A stretch of 64,000 nucleotides of DNA from the human T2T-CHM13v2.0 reference genome, Homo sapiens, in NCBI RefSeq assembly GCF_009914755.1, contig NC_060930.1; one strand, 5' to 3'. The position numbers and the translations under genes are program-made. Positions 34,937-50,650 of this stretch are shown here, piece after piece; within the stretch, counting starts at the first letter, position 1, and every line of letters begins with the position of its first letter. The notes beneath the pieces are model-generated. The model saw only the letters and a program-made list of their open reading frames with translations. It was not told the origin of the DNA and searched no databases.

Positions 34937-35654
34937 CATTATTATCATTATTGTCATTATTTCACTTTTGTTTTAGGTTCAGGGGTACACGTGTGGGTTT
35001 GTTATATAAGTAAACTTGTAGCACAGGGGTTTGTTGTACAGATTATGTCATCACCCCGATACTTAGCCTGCTACCAATAGCTGTGTTTTCTGCTCCTCTC
35101 CCTCCTCCCACCCTCCACCCTCAAGCAGACCCCAGTGTCTGTGGTTCTCTTCTTTGTGTTCATGAGTTCTCATCATGTAGCTCAAAATAGCACAGTATTG
35201 ATAATAAAGCCACATACCTACGACCGACTGATATTCAACAAAGCCGACAAAAACAAGCAATGGGGAAAGGGCTCCCTATTCAATAAATGGTGCTGGGATA
35301 ACTGGCTAAATGTGCAGAAGGTTGAAACTGGACCCCTTCCTTACACCATACACAAAAATCAACTCAAGATGGATTAGACTTAAATGCAAAACCCAAAACT
35401 ATAAAAACCATGGAAGATAACCTAGGCAATACCGTCCTAGACACAAGAACTGGCAAAGATTTCATGACAAAGACACCAAAAGCAATTGCAACAAAAGCAA
35501 AAATTGACAAGTGGGATCTAATTAAACTTTAGAGCTTCTGCACAGCAAAATAAAGTATCAACAGAGTAAACAGACAACCTACAGAATGGGAGAAAATATT
35601 TGCAAACTATGCATCTAACAAAGGTCTAATATCCAGCATCTATAAGGAACTTAC
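34937..35654 (-). mobile_element. Older L1PA 3' fragment with 5' inversion at ~35181
   Basis: TSD gctggattt (34928, 35655); 3'UTR on minus, ORF2 piece on plus ([15 protein letters not shown]). Confidence 0.85.
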
Positions 35655-35929
35655 GCTGGATTTTAAGAAAAGTTCTGAAAACCTAATAAAAAAAAAAAAA
35701 GTCAAAACTGAAAGCTGAGGCGCAAACAGCACACGCGAACTCTGAGGAGGCAAGATTATATAAGCACTAGAAAAAAAAACAGATATAAGGTAAAGAAAGC
35801 CTCATTAGAAACAGTTTCTTCAAAAAAATGATAAAAGAAATAACTGCACGTGAAAATATAAGAAGACTGAACTTAAATATCCCTAATAACATGCCCTTCA
35901 AATACATAAAGCAAAACTCAATAGAATTA

Positions 35930-36280
<351 letters not shown>

Positions 36281-36800
36281 TTAACACATCTCTCAGTAAT
36301 TAAAAAAATCAAGCAACAAGAAATTAGGAAGACCTGAACAATTTAAACACAATTAACAAGGGTGAGTCAATGAATATCTGGGCAAACATGTACCAAATAG
36401 TCAGCAAAACCACATTTTTCTCACACACCTATGTAATATTAAAAACAAACCATAGTGTCCAGTTTTCAATAGATAAAAAATCTCAAAGATACCAAGAAAA
36501 TCAATACTATATATGGAGAGTGCATGCTCTGAACACAATGCCATAAAATTAGAAACCAACAACAAAAAAGATGACCAAAAATTAACTCATGTGGAAATCT
36601 AAAAGCATACATCTGAAGCTTGGGTTGAAAAACATCATAATAAACATGAGAAAATATTTAGTGCTGGAAGATAATAAAAATAGTGCATGCCCAAACTGGT
36701 AAAGTGCAATTTCAGCATGAAAAATCAAGCAACAGGGAGATACGGGGTTTGACACCATGTGTAAGAGGCTAACGCTAGGCTCAACAATGCACAATGTTGC

Positions 36801-37745
<945 letters not shown>

Positions 37746-39107
37746 TTGCTTCTGAATGGGTACTAGGGAAAGACCCATACCAAATTCAGCAGTGGTTATC
37801 AGAGAAGAAGAAAAGGGAGGGATGTGGGTAGGGTTTTCTCTGCATCAATAATCATTTCATTTCCTTTTTAAAAATACAGCAAGATCTAAAACTAATAAAG
37901 CAAAATAACATAAGTGACTATTCCTGAAATCTAGAATCATATGTAATAAAATTATTTCATTAAAAAAGCTGTTTAAACTTTTACACATTGTTTTTAATTA
38001 AAATTAGCTGTCTAGTATTATGTATTTATATCACAAAATAGTACATATTTTATTCAGAGGCAGGCAAAGAGTAGTATCCTATCAAGTTTTAAAAATATAT
38101 AAAGTATCTACACCTGCTAGGACTTTAAGGATATCAATAAATCATAAAACACGTATGCATTTTCATTTTTTAAATGAGCCATTTAATAATATAACACATA
38201 AAATAGGAAAATATGACCATCACTTTTTGATGCATCTGGCACTCTTGTTAATACAATACTAAAATGAATTTAAAATTCCATTTGTCCAACAGAATTAAGA
38301 TAACTATAGGAGTAATTCTCAGAAGAGATCATGTTAATGGTGGTGCACTTGGATGACTGCAAAAAAAAAAAAAAAAAAAAAAAACATTATTGATGCATGA
38401 CTAATGTGGCTGAGCTGGTTACTAAGCTTAGAAGAAATTAGAAATGCCCTGTTTTATATGTTACTGGAAATACAGCATTTGGGCCAATGATAATTTCTGC
38501 TTCTCCTGTATTTGGACTTGTAGGATGACAGTTTGTGAGTAGCAGCCCCCACATGGCTATGGTTAGTTTGATGTACATTGTGCAACTGAACAAAAATGTA
38601 AGATAAGTTTTTTTAAAAAAGCTATTAAAAAATAGTGTAAACCTCTGTAACCTTACACTCTTTCCCTTTCATTCCATCAAATACCATTCAGATGTTTATT
38701 TTCAGGAAGTAAAACCCGTAATTTTCCCATAAAAAACCTCAGAACTATTTTTCTTAATATAACACCTCTCATCCAAGAGTACACCACAATGATTCACAAA
38801 ATATTACAATCCCTACTGAAAGACCACATAGATTTGACAGGATTCAGGCTACTGTATAGTCATTGCTCAAGCTGTTGAAAAATGTAGACATTTTAAGCAG
38901 TTTCCTAAAGCAAAGACACTAAACCTCTTAACAAAAAGCTAAGATTTTAAAAGAGAGGAACTCTCCTTGAATTGGGAAATTAGACGGTCACCATGTCATT
39001 CCAGGAACAAAGCGAGGCACATCTACACAACAATGGCTCTTCACAAGGCCAACTTGTAAAAACAGTCTTCACCACAGCACTTGGAATGAAATATCCTATG
39101 CGCCTCT

Positions 39108-39850
39108 TGTCGACAGAAAGAGTAAAACTCTGTAAAATATTGGAAGAAATTTATTCTGGGCCAAATATGAGTGACCACGGCCCGTGACACAGCCCTCAGG
39201 AGGTCCTCAGAACATGTGCCCAAAGTGGTCAGGTGCAGCTTGGTTTTATACATTTTAGGGACGCATGAGACATCAATCAAAGACATTTCAGAAATACACT
39301 GGTTTCCCACCTGGGAAAGGCAGGAAAACTCAAAGTGGGGGCTTCCAGGCTCTAGGTAAAAGTAAACATTTTCTGGTTGACAATTGGTTGAGTTTCTCTG
39401 AAGACCTGGGATCAATAGAAAGGAAATGTTCAGTTTAAGATAAAAGACTGTGGAGACCAAGGTTCTTTTGAAGCCTCATTAGTGGCTGCCCTTGGAGACA
39501 ACAGGTGACAAATGTTTCCTGTTCAGATCTTTAAAAGGTGCTAGACTCTTAATCTGTTTAGGATTGGGAGGGCCTGGAAGAAAGAGATCTAGCCATGTTA
39601 ATAGAGATTCTTCACAGATGCATGACTAATGTGACTGAACTGGTTTTCCCACACAAAGGACAGCTTTGCAGGGCCATTTCGACATATGGCAAAGACACAT
39701 GTTTTGGAGTGAAATATTTTTATTTTCTTCCTTGTCTTGTAATGTTATGCCAGAGCCAGGTTGGAAAATAAGTCATGATACATAAGGTTAAATAAAACCC
39801 ATCTGACGAGAATTGATGGTTTTTAAAGCATGACTCCTCAGACCCCTTAA
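39108..39850 (-). mobile_element. MER4-family LTR (probably truncated)
   Basis: gacacagccctcaggaggtcct...catgtgcccaa...ttttatacattttaggga motif. Confidence 0.78.
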
Positions 39851-39939
39851 TCAGAGCCTAGTCCTCACCCCTTTAGGACACACCTTACCTGCAGGGATGC
39901 TGTCTCAGGGAGCCAGCTTGTCCAGATGTCCATCAGGAA

Positions 39940-40526
39940 TGTGACAAGAAAATGAATCTTGGGACCCCCAAATCACTAAGCCAAGGGTAAAGTCAAGCTG
40001 GGAACTGCCTCAGGCAAAACCTGCCTCCCATTCTATTCCTAAGTAAGATAGCTACAAAGATAAGAAGCTACAGACCTCCCTCACAATTTGCCCACAAGGA
40101 AATTCCTTGTGGACAAAGGACAGTCAGAACTCAAAGACATCCCTCCGAGGCTTCCCTGAAACAAATGCGTATCTCATTGCTTCCTCTCCCCTATTGTTTA
40201 TGTAAAAATGATGATTCACTGAGCTAGACTAAATTGTGTATTCAGTGGAAAGCTGATCAAGGACTCAAAAGAATGTAACCTTTTGCCTCTTATCTACTCA
40301 TGACCTGGAAGCCCTCGCCTCAAATCCCACTTTACCTGACTGAACCAAAGTACATGGTACACATATTGATTGATATCTCATGTCTCCCTAAAATGTATAA
40401 AACCAAGCGGTGCCCCGACCACCATCGTCAGGAACTCCTGATGCTATGTCATGGGTGCATCCTTAACCTTGGTGAAATAAACTTTCTAAACTGACCGAGA
40501 CCTGTCTTAGATATTTTGATTTAACA
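39940..40526 (+). mobile_element. MER4-family solo LTR
   Basis: tgtga...aatcttgggacccccaaatcactaagcc...aataaa...aca. Confidence 0.82.
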
Positions 40527-40883
40527 AGGGGCTCGAGGTCCACCCCTCCACCGGCTTCACCACACAGTCCACCTCCTGTACTCTGCTCCTCCAGACATAG
40601 ACATAGACCTGCTCCTCCTGCACTCTGCTCCTCCAGACATAGACCTGGCACCCTTCCCTGTGTCATGAACCTGCTGCTCTAGTTACCTGGTCAGCACAGA
40701 GCACCTGACCTTGTGTAATACACGTGTTCCTATGTAAGAAAATACAATTCTTGAGCACAAGGACTTTGCCCTCACTTCATCTAACTCTTCATTCACAGAA
40801 CACTGCCAAGTGCACAGCAGCAGCTAATAGATATTTTAAATGAATTAATTAATAGGCACTTTAATGAATACTATAATTAAAAG

Positions 40884-41654
40884 CACATATACATATGCAT
40901 ACACATGCATGCACATATACATACATACACCCATGCACGCTCGCATATGCATATACACACACATGCACACAGGCATATACATACCCACACATACATTCAT
41001 GCATACACACACACACACACATGCACGCACGCATATACATACCCACACACGCATTCACACATATACATACGCACACATGCATGTAGACATACGCACACAT
41101 GCATGCATGTAGACATATGCACACACATGCACACATGCCTATACATACACACACGCGCATTCACACATATACATATGCACACATGCACACACACATATAC
41201 ATATGCACATGTGCATGCACACATATACATACCCACACATGCATTCACACATATACATACACACACACGCACGCATATACATACACACACGCATTCATGC
41301 ATATACATACACATGCACGCACGCATATACATACCCACACATGCATTCACGCATATACATACCCACACATGCATATACATACCCACACATTCATTCACGC
41401 ATATACATACCCACACATGCATATACATACCCACACATGCATTCACGCATATACACATTCACACATATACATACACACACACACGCACACATATATACAG
41501 ACGCACACACATGCACGCATGCATATACATACCCACACATGCATTCATACATATACACACGTATTCACGCATATACACACATATTCACGCATATACATAT
41601 GAACACACTCAGGCATTCACACACAGGCACATATACTTGCACACATATACACAC
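40884..41654. repeat. Complex CA/TA-rich minisatellite (cacatgcattcacgcatatacataccca-like units)
   Basis: Read directly; produces the His/Thr-rich and Cys/Val-rich spurious ORFs. Confidence 0.93.
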
Positions 41655-42126
41655 TGTGAAAGGAAAATAAATCTCTGGGCCCCCAAATCACCAAGCTAAA
41701 GGGAAAAAGTCAAGCTAGGAACTGCTTAGGGCCAACCTGCCTCCCATTCTATTCAAAGTCACCCCTCTGCTCACTGAGATAAATGCAGATCTGACTGCCC
41801 CCTTTGGAAAGACTCATCAGAAACTCAAAAGAATGCAACCATTTGTCCCTTATGTACCCAGGACCTGAAGGTCCCCTCCCTGATTTGTGTCTTCCTGCCT
41901 TTGCTTCGAGTTGTCCCACCTTTCCAGACCGAAGCAATGTTCATCTTATGTATGTTGACTGATGTCTCATGTCTCCCTAGAACGTGTGAAATCAAACTGT
42001 GTTCTGACCACCTCGGGCAAATGTCGTCAGGACCTCCTGAGGCTGTGTCACGGCACCCATCCCCAACCTGGGCAAAATAAACTTTCCAGTTTCACTGAAA
42101 CCTGCCTCAGATGTTCAGGGTTCACA
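41655..42126 (+). mobile_element. MER4A-type solo LTR
   Basis: tgtgaaaggaaaataaatct...gggttcaca; flanked by cacac. Confidence 0.85.
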
Positions 42127-42489
42127 CACACGCACATACAAACCAAATTTAAGGTGGGAGGAAATGAGCAGTGGTATATTTAACTGCTATTAGGAACAGG
42201 TATTGAATTAAGAGTTCAGCCCAAAGTCAGACTGTTAACACTTTACTCTCCATGGCCATTTCACTGAATGTTTATAGAAAAAAACAGAACCACTTGGAAA
42301 ACAATATGAATAAAACAATCTCCACAAAGAGATGAAGAAATGACTGAAAACGAAGTTTAACATAAAATCTATTATTCATTATTTTTACCAGAGCTATAAA
42401 AACAGGAAACTTTTCAAAGAAGTGATATTTTTACTGTGTCCCTCCTCAGGAGAGCACTGCAGTGTTTCGACACGGGAGAAGCGTCCCGG

Positions 42490-43221
42490 TGAAACAGCCA
42501 TTGCAAAATTACAACTGAGACAGTGAAAGAAACCTGACCTAACCAGCTCTATCTTGCTTCTAACCTCCAAGCCGTCCTTTTCATTCCTGGGCTGAGGCCA
42601 AACTAACTTGGGGAGGAACTTATAGTTTAGCTTTGAAACAAAGATGGTAACAACCCTTTCCCAAAACAAATCCCCTTCTTGCCTGGGGACCAGACTGCCT
42701 TTGTAGGACCTACAAATTAGCTCAAAGATTAGAAATTATGGTTTAGGAGTAATGTAGCTGGAGGCTACAAGATTCTGACCACCTCCCCCACCCCTACCCA
42801 AAATTGCTCCTGGGGATAACATCACTATTGTAAAACCTAAGATCAGTGCTTGAGATATTTTGCATACCCTGCACTGAATGGATCAGCTGGTACCCCACCC
42901 GATCAATAAACTGGTTCAGCTGGTCGTGCGGCCCCCACCCAGGAACTCACTCAGCACAAGAGGACAGCTTTGACTCCTGATGATTTCACCTCTGACCTGA
43001 CCAATCAGAACTCGTGATTCACTGACTCCACCCACCCACCAAATTATCCTTAAAAACTCCCACCCCCAGATTCCTGGGGAGACTGATTGGAGTCATAATA
43101 AAACTCCAGTCTCCCATACAGCCGGCTCTGTGTGAATTACCCTTTCTCTATTGCAATTCCCCTGTCTTGATCAACTGGCTCTATCTAGGCAGCAGACAAG
43201 GTGAACCATTGGGCGGTTACC
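42490..43221 (+). mobile_element. LTR8-like ERV1 solo LTR
   Basis: tgaaacagccattgcaaaatta...aataaa...gggcggttac. Confidence 0.82.
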
Positions 43222-43768
43222 CCAGTGGCTCAGCTGTGGCCCTCAGCCAGTGACGGCACCACTCACCGGGCCCGCAGGCTTCACACAGAAGTCACAGCCT
43301 GCGTACCCACTCACATGCAGAGACAGTGAGGGTCCAGCCAGGGTGCCCAAGAGAGCCATGGTGGGGGAGCATCAACAACCCACATTTGGGATGAATTATT
43401 CTGAACCGTTTAGAAGAAAAACTGGTCATTTACTTATTTATTTTGTTTTTAATTGACCCATAAGAACTGCACATATTTTGGGGTACAGCATGGTGTTTTG
43501 ACACACACGTGAGGCCCCAATCATGGGATTTAGCACATTGAAAACTCCTCCCAACGGCTACTCAGTGCCAGCCTGGGCCTGTTTTCCTCACACTGGCTGA
43601 GGGCACACTTCTCTAGGTCCTAGTAAATGAGCCTAGGAGTGACACAGCCTGAGCAAAAAGAAGGTAGACACAAACACAAACAGCAAAACCAGCTAACAGG
43701 CAGCCACCCACGAGGCGAGGTGAACACCAGACACAGGATTGGGGACATGGGGCCCTGGAGACACCACA

Positions 43769-44062
43769 TGCCGCGTGTGGGGTCAGGTGTGCCGTGTGTG
43801 GGGTCAGGTGTGCCGTGTGCAGCATGTGGCATCAGGTGTGCCGTGTGTGGGGTCAGGTGTGTGGTGTCAGGTGTGCCGTGTGGGGCGTCAGGTGTGTGGC
43901 GTCAGGTGTGCAGCGTGTGGCATCAGGTGTGCGGCATGTGGCAGGTGTTCCGTGTGCGCATCAGGTGTGCCATGTGGGGCGTCAGGTGCGCAGTGTGTGG
44001 CGTGTGGTGTCAGGTGTGTGGCGTCAGGTGTGTGGCATCAGGTGTGCGGCGTGTGGCATCAG
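43769..44062. repeat. GT-rich minisatellite (gtgtggc(a/g)tcaggtgtgc-like units)
   Basis: Read directly from sequence. Confidence 0.9.
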
Positions 44063-47000
44063 ATACACTCTGGATCCGAGGACAAAGAACACCCACGAGA
44101 ACCTTCCAGGTGTGCAAAAGGAGATTCGAAGCTCACCAGAGTGCAGCCCCTCATGCGTCTCTCTCAAGCTCGAGTGACTTAGTGAATGAAACGCTCGTGT
44201 CCACTCGGAACTGCTTAGGGAGCCGGAGGGAGGCTGGGCTGTGCCCTGGTGCCATCCCCGATCCCCCTCAGCCCAGCCAGGGACATGCAGGACCTAAATC
44301 GAAAACAGCCATCGACCGTTTCCAGGGAGTCAGGTGACCTCCCAAGTTCTCTAATAACTAAAGAAAACTTCACTAATTTTCATAAATAAAAAGGATAAAG
44401 TAACCAATTTAATTAAATAATTTTCCCATGAGAGTTTGACAACCACTGAGAAGAGAGCTCACCTGACCGTCAACTAGAGCCCTTGCTGTGGCCTGTGACT
44501 GATGCCTGGCCCATGAGACACGTGAGCCGCAGCCATGCAACCCCATGGGATGAAAAATTCGAGATGTGTGTTCACTGCAGCTCCAGGTAGATGGCACGAG
44601 ACCAGGAACACAGGTTCCCTTGAGTCAGAGCATGGAGAGTACAAGAGCAGCCGTCCCACAGCCTGGCTGGGCAGTCAACTGTGGCAGCCCTCACCCTCGG
44701 GGCCCGGCCCATCCACTGAGGGGACCTGCAAGATGCAACTCCTGTTCTAGGCTTCACTTGGCATCTGGAATAAACACACACGTAGCTGCTTCTCTTATGT
44801 CACCACTATGGAAAGCCAAAGGCTGAGTCCTGGAGTGTCCGCGCCAGCAGCAGGTCATGGAGTTCTTCTGGGTCCACGATGGCCCTGCTGAAATACTGAA
44901 AAAGGAAGGCAGATCCAACGGTTGTAACTCAAACAGGCCCCTTAAAACTGCCAGGACTGGGCTTGGACTAAGCAAGCAATTTTTGAGCACCGACTGTATG
45001 CTAGTAACGGATGGCTCTGTCCTCAAGATGAGACTCTCACAGGAGAGAGGATTAATTCCACGTCATTCCGACTGCACTGATGAGCCCTGGAACAGCAGTG
45101 TAGACACAAGACCAAGTAAGGGGCCGAGTCCAACTACTGAGAGGCCAGGGAGGCCTCCTGGGGTGGTGGTGGAGACTGAGCCTGGACAGTCGGAAGGGTC
45201 TGCCCGTGACCCGGGCCACAGAGCAAGAGCACAGACAGAGTGCAGCTGGCGGACGCTCAGCTCCATCTTCTGAGAGCCCTGGGCTGAAGTGCCGGGGACC
45301 AGGCCCGACGGGGTCAGTCCTGTGTCTCAGAGTCAGCCCCGTTCACTGGGCTCACTGTCAGGTGGGTGCAGTCAGGAAACCGGCAGGCAGGTGCAGTCGG
45401 GAAACCAGTGTGGAGCCTTAGCTGCTCCGTGGGGTCAGAGCTTAGGTGCCAGTGGTGCCTGCTCAGATCTCACGCCGGCACCCCTACTCCGTCTGGGGCT
45501 CTGGGGGGGATGAGGATGCCCCGTGCTCCACGTTCATGATGCTGTGACTCTGAGGCCAGAGCCCGCCTCTTCTCAGCAGATAGAGCATGTGTGTCACATG
45601 GGAGCTGGCCCTGATGCCCTCCTGTGACTGTCCAGGCCACCACAGAAGCCAACCAGGGTGTGAGAGAATGGCCCAGCCCAGCAGCCCGGGCTTCATGTGG
45701 GCGCCAAGCTTGAGACTGGGTCTGAGGCGTCACCAAGGACACTGACAGGGTAAGAACGAGAAAGTGGTACAGGGTCTGCATGCAGCCTCGGGCTTTTATC
45801 CTAAAAGCTGCTGGGGCCTCTGAAGAATTGACAGTGAAGATTAAAATAACCCGAATGGGGTTCTGAAGGCACAGGTCCACAGTGGGTGATGATAGGCGGA
45901 GACAAGCCCACGGGGACAGCTGCTGGGGAGCAACTGCAGGCCATAGGTGGGACAGAAGACGGCAGCGCTAGGCCTCCCACACCTGCACCTATGCGGGTGT
46001 GGGTGTCGCCTTCCTGAGGCTTTGCACACCCACAGAGGGTGACAGAGAGGGGCTGTGCTGTAGTGAGCAGGGTGGCTGCAGAGGCACCAGCCAAGGGGGG
46101 TTGCATTGCCTGTGGGGCTAGGTGCAGAACACAGCAGGCTGTGCCAGGCTCCTGCTGCCTTCTCTGGGCCACACAGTGGGCGGTGGGGGGTCAGGCCCAG
46201 GCCCCTCCTGCTGGTGCAGCTGTCCCCTCCTCCTTCAAGGCTCAGCCCCAGGACCACCTCCTGGGGAACACCTTCCCTGACCCCGCCTTGTTCAGAGGCC
46301 CCACAGACTACTTCATAAACTGAATACACCTCCTGCCTCTGACCTGGAAGGTGATCCTGAGGATGACATCACGCCGCTTTCCACATGAGTCCGCACCGTG
46401 CAGCTCAGAATACACTCACACCACGTCCGTGAGTAAGTAGATGAGGCCATTGTTCCACAACAGAGCACTTCCTTGCCGAAATGGTCACCCTTCACAGCAG
46501 TGGTTTTTAGACACACAGAACCAGCCCTTCGAGAGGCCATGCGTTCATCCAGTGTGTAAAACAGATAAAGGCAGAAGTCTCCCGGCGGACTGGGCATGAG
46601 GATGCCCCGCTGTGGACGCCAACAGCACCACTGGGCAGTGCCTGTGTCTCCGAGGAGCTGAAAACCTGGACTCTAAAGAGTCCTCACTGTAACAGATCAG
46701 CAGCTGCCCTTCTCCTGACAGCACATTTCTCATTTCCTGGTAAGGAGAGCAGAGTTCTGATGTGAAAGGCCACAGCGGCTGTAACTCAGGACTGGTCCTC
46801 CAGCGCCGCTGTAATTTGTCAGGGTCCTCCTCCATGATTTCCTCGATAACTCCTCACCACCATCATCTAATTGCTGATTTCTAACATATATTTAGAAACA
46901 ATGTTCATTACAGTAAATTAAATGGGACAAGAATGAAATTTGATGCTTTAAGTCTTGAAAATAAATGTATTACAATCAAACTAACAAAATATAAACATCT

Positions 47001-47745
47001 TTTTAAAAACAAATCTTAATTATGCTACAAATTCACTTCCTATATCTTCGTTCTCCAAGTCAATGCCTTTTTACGGCTTGAAGTGTTCTAAAAAATCTAT
47101 GATGATGCTTCCAACACAACATATTTTAAAAGCCAGAATAAAGCTAAATGTAAACACAGCTCATCTGGCTCAAGTCTCCTCAATTATTGAAATAAAAGAT
47201 AAAAGAAGCCAAAATGACATCAGCACTAGAGGAAGAGAGGAAAAACACGTATCAGAATGTGGAGATCGTCTACGTACTGGAGCGCCATTCACCATGCCTG
47301 CTGTCCTGAGGCTCCCGAGGCGAGCCAGGCCCAGCGTCTCCATCCTCCTCCCTTGGTGCTGTGCACGGGGAGCCTCCACATTGCTCAGGCAGGTGCAGCC
47401 ACAGCATGGGGTGTGATGTGAAGTGTCAGGAGCTGGTTGACCTGGTCAAGATACTGGGTTCAGTTGAGATAACCTGACATTTAGATGGTAAGGAGGGAAG
47501 AAAAACAGCATCCAGGCAGAGGAACTAGGCAGGCCTGGAGTCCAACTCCCAGCTCACAGCCCATGCAGAGGGAGGAGGGAGGCCCTGCACTCTGAGTCCT
47601 CATCCATCGAATGTCCTCGCTGAGCCTGTGAGAACACACAGGGAAAGGCCACGGCGTTCCAGAGACTTGGTGAACATTAGTTCCTAGCTGTGACACTCAA
47701 AAAATTCCACACACAGACTCTGGCAAGCACCTAGGGGTGACTCGG

Positions 47746-48099
47746 CGCCATGGTCTGGAAGTTGCTCTCCCCCCAGAATTCATCAGTTGAAACCCCCACT
47801 GCAATGGTATTAAGAGGTGGGGCCCTTGAGAAGTGATTAGGTCATGAGAGTGGAGTCTGCATGAATGGGCTGAATGCCCTTATGAGGGAGGTTTCAAGGA
47901 GTTTGTATTTCCATCCACCACTTGAGGATACAGCAGGAAGGCCCCGCCACTCAAGCAGAAAGCCCTCATGAGACGCTGATCTGCCAGTGCCTTGATCTCA
48001 CACTTGCCAGCCTCCAGAACTGTGAGCAAATACATTTCTGTTGCTTGTAAATATCCCAGTCTAGGGCATTTTGTTAAAGCAGCCCCAACAGACTGAGAC
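47746..48099 (+). mobile_element. MLT1A-type MaLR LTR
   Basis: ggtattaagaggtggggcc...ccagcctccagaactgtgag...gactgagac. Confidence 0.78.
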
Positions 48100-49340
48100 T
48101 CCACATTTGGAGCCTCATGCGCATCAGCCCGCCTGCAGGATTTAAAATATGAGTCGCTCTACCAGCAGGAACACAGCGTGTCACAGGGAGACCAGGACAC
48201 CACACGGCTTTCAGTGCAAACTTGCTGACCACACAGGAGGTAAAACAAGTTTATTCAATCTTTCTATTTCTCCATTTTATGTGCCTTTAAACTCCTCGTA
48301 AAACCAAAAGTTTTATCTAACAGTATGTGAGAATGGGTAATGCCAGTTCAGATGCAGCCTTCTCTCATCCTCCCAGGACAGGATGGCTGTTCCCATCCCT
48401 ACTCTCTGGCAGCGATTCCACATCATTTTATAGTGCTTAGAACAGTCAGCCTTGTGCGAATGTTATTCCACCCGTGACTACCACCTTCTGCCTTGTATTT
48501 CTTTGAACACTGAAACCATATCTAACTCAGCTTCTGATCTGCTGCTGCAGGTGGAGAAATTCTTGTGCATTTATCCCTAAAACTCACAGGAACAAAAGAA
48601 CTGTGTGAGAGTAGTTGCATGTGGAACGTAAGAGTTTTCTAAAGCAGTACCCATCTGCCTCCACAAATTCATATTTTAAAAATTAGAAAAATAGCTTTCA
48701 CTTAATGGACTTAGCACACACTAAGAGATTTACATACATTTAACCCTTTAACAGAGAAAAGCTTTATATATGCAAAAGGTTAGAAACTCTTCTATTATGA
48801 AGTGGGAACAGAGAGGAAAGGAAATAAAATTACAAAATCACACCAAATAGCATCATATCATTTTCCAAAATAATTCTCTTGAAAATATTAGAAAATTGGT
48901 TAGCTAAAGTTAAAAGAATTATCTTTACCATTATCTTAAACCTTGCATGTTATTTTTTAAGTTATAAATTAGAAAGCATTAAAAACTCCGAAATTATATT
49001 TTGCATTTGCAACCTAAACATCTGAAACAATTTTTAAAAATTTGGGAACTAAATTGAAAAAAAATCTCAGCCTAAGCTCTAACAGGCCAAGTTTTAATCT
49101 AGACCAAGTTTTATGGCTCTGTCATAAACCCCAGAAAGAAAAGAACAAAAAGAGAAAGAAAATAGGGATTTATAATGGAAATGCTGACAGACCATTTTCC
49201 AAACACCAAAAATAAATTATAATTGGCTTTGCAATGACCACCTTTAATAAGAGTCATGCACAACCAATACAAAATTAAATGAACTAAGAAATATTTTTCT
49301 AATAATTGACAATGTTTGAGACAAGCAGCAGCAAGTGTCA

Positions 49341-49682
<342 letters not shown>

Positions 49683-50346
49683 GTAAAATTTACAACATGA
49701 AAGAAACTTCACGTATAAGATTCATTTATCTTCACGACTGAAATTTTTAAACTCAAGAATGACAATGTTTAAGAAATTTGGTCAATTCTCACTTAACTGT
49801 ATTATCTAAAGACTCACAGACTTTTAGAAAAACTGACCAGATAGACAACTACATAACATCTCAGGAGAGACTTTTCTTGTTAGCAATCTTTATCTTTAGA
49901 TACATTTTTAGACATTGCATTTTGAGAATAATATATCAACAAATTTTAAATACTACTTGTCAAACTTTAACCTCTGAAATCTACATGCTGACGAGTCTTT
50001 TTAAGAAACCATTTTTTTCTCTAGATTTACATCTACTTTCTTATACAAAGAATCGAATCCTTTGCTTTCTGTTGGTAACAGCGAGTCACAGTTCAAATCG
50101 GCGCATGTCAAGTGAACAGATTCCAGGTTCCAGGTACGACCAAGATCAGACACAAAGATGGTGCAAACCCTAGTCTGCACTCAGGTATCTTAAAGTCAAA
50201 TGTCTTTGCGTGGAAGTTTCACTAAATAAATTTAGTAGGTCAGATTTATACTTTAACATTCTACATCCAAATATTAGCTATCAATATCTCATTAAGCTGC
50301 ACTTGAATTTAAAAGGAATCATAACACCTAAAAAATAAGACAGGTT

Positions 50347-50650
<304 letters not shown>

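Noticed and set aside
40845-41699. Long His/Thr-rich and Cys/Val-rich ORFs up to 264 aa
   Set aside because: Open frames produced by the CA/TA minisatellite
39940-42126. Two same-orientation MER4 LTRs as a provirus
   Set aside because: LTRs differ in length and sequence; no PBS, gag or pol between them; no shared TSD
43627-44337. 236-aa Cys/Gly/Val-rich ORF resembling a keratin-associated or metallothionein-like protein
   Set aside because: Translation of a GT-rich minisatellite; open in several frames
44400-47700. Many overlapping ORFs in GC-rich unique sequence (also 59400-62600)
   Set aside because: Expected from GC content; no recognisable domain or consistent splice pattern
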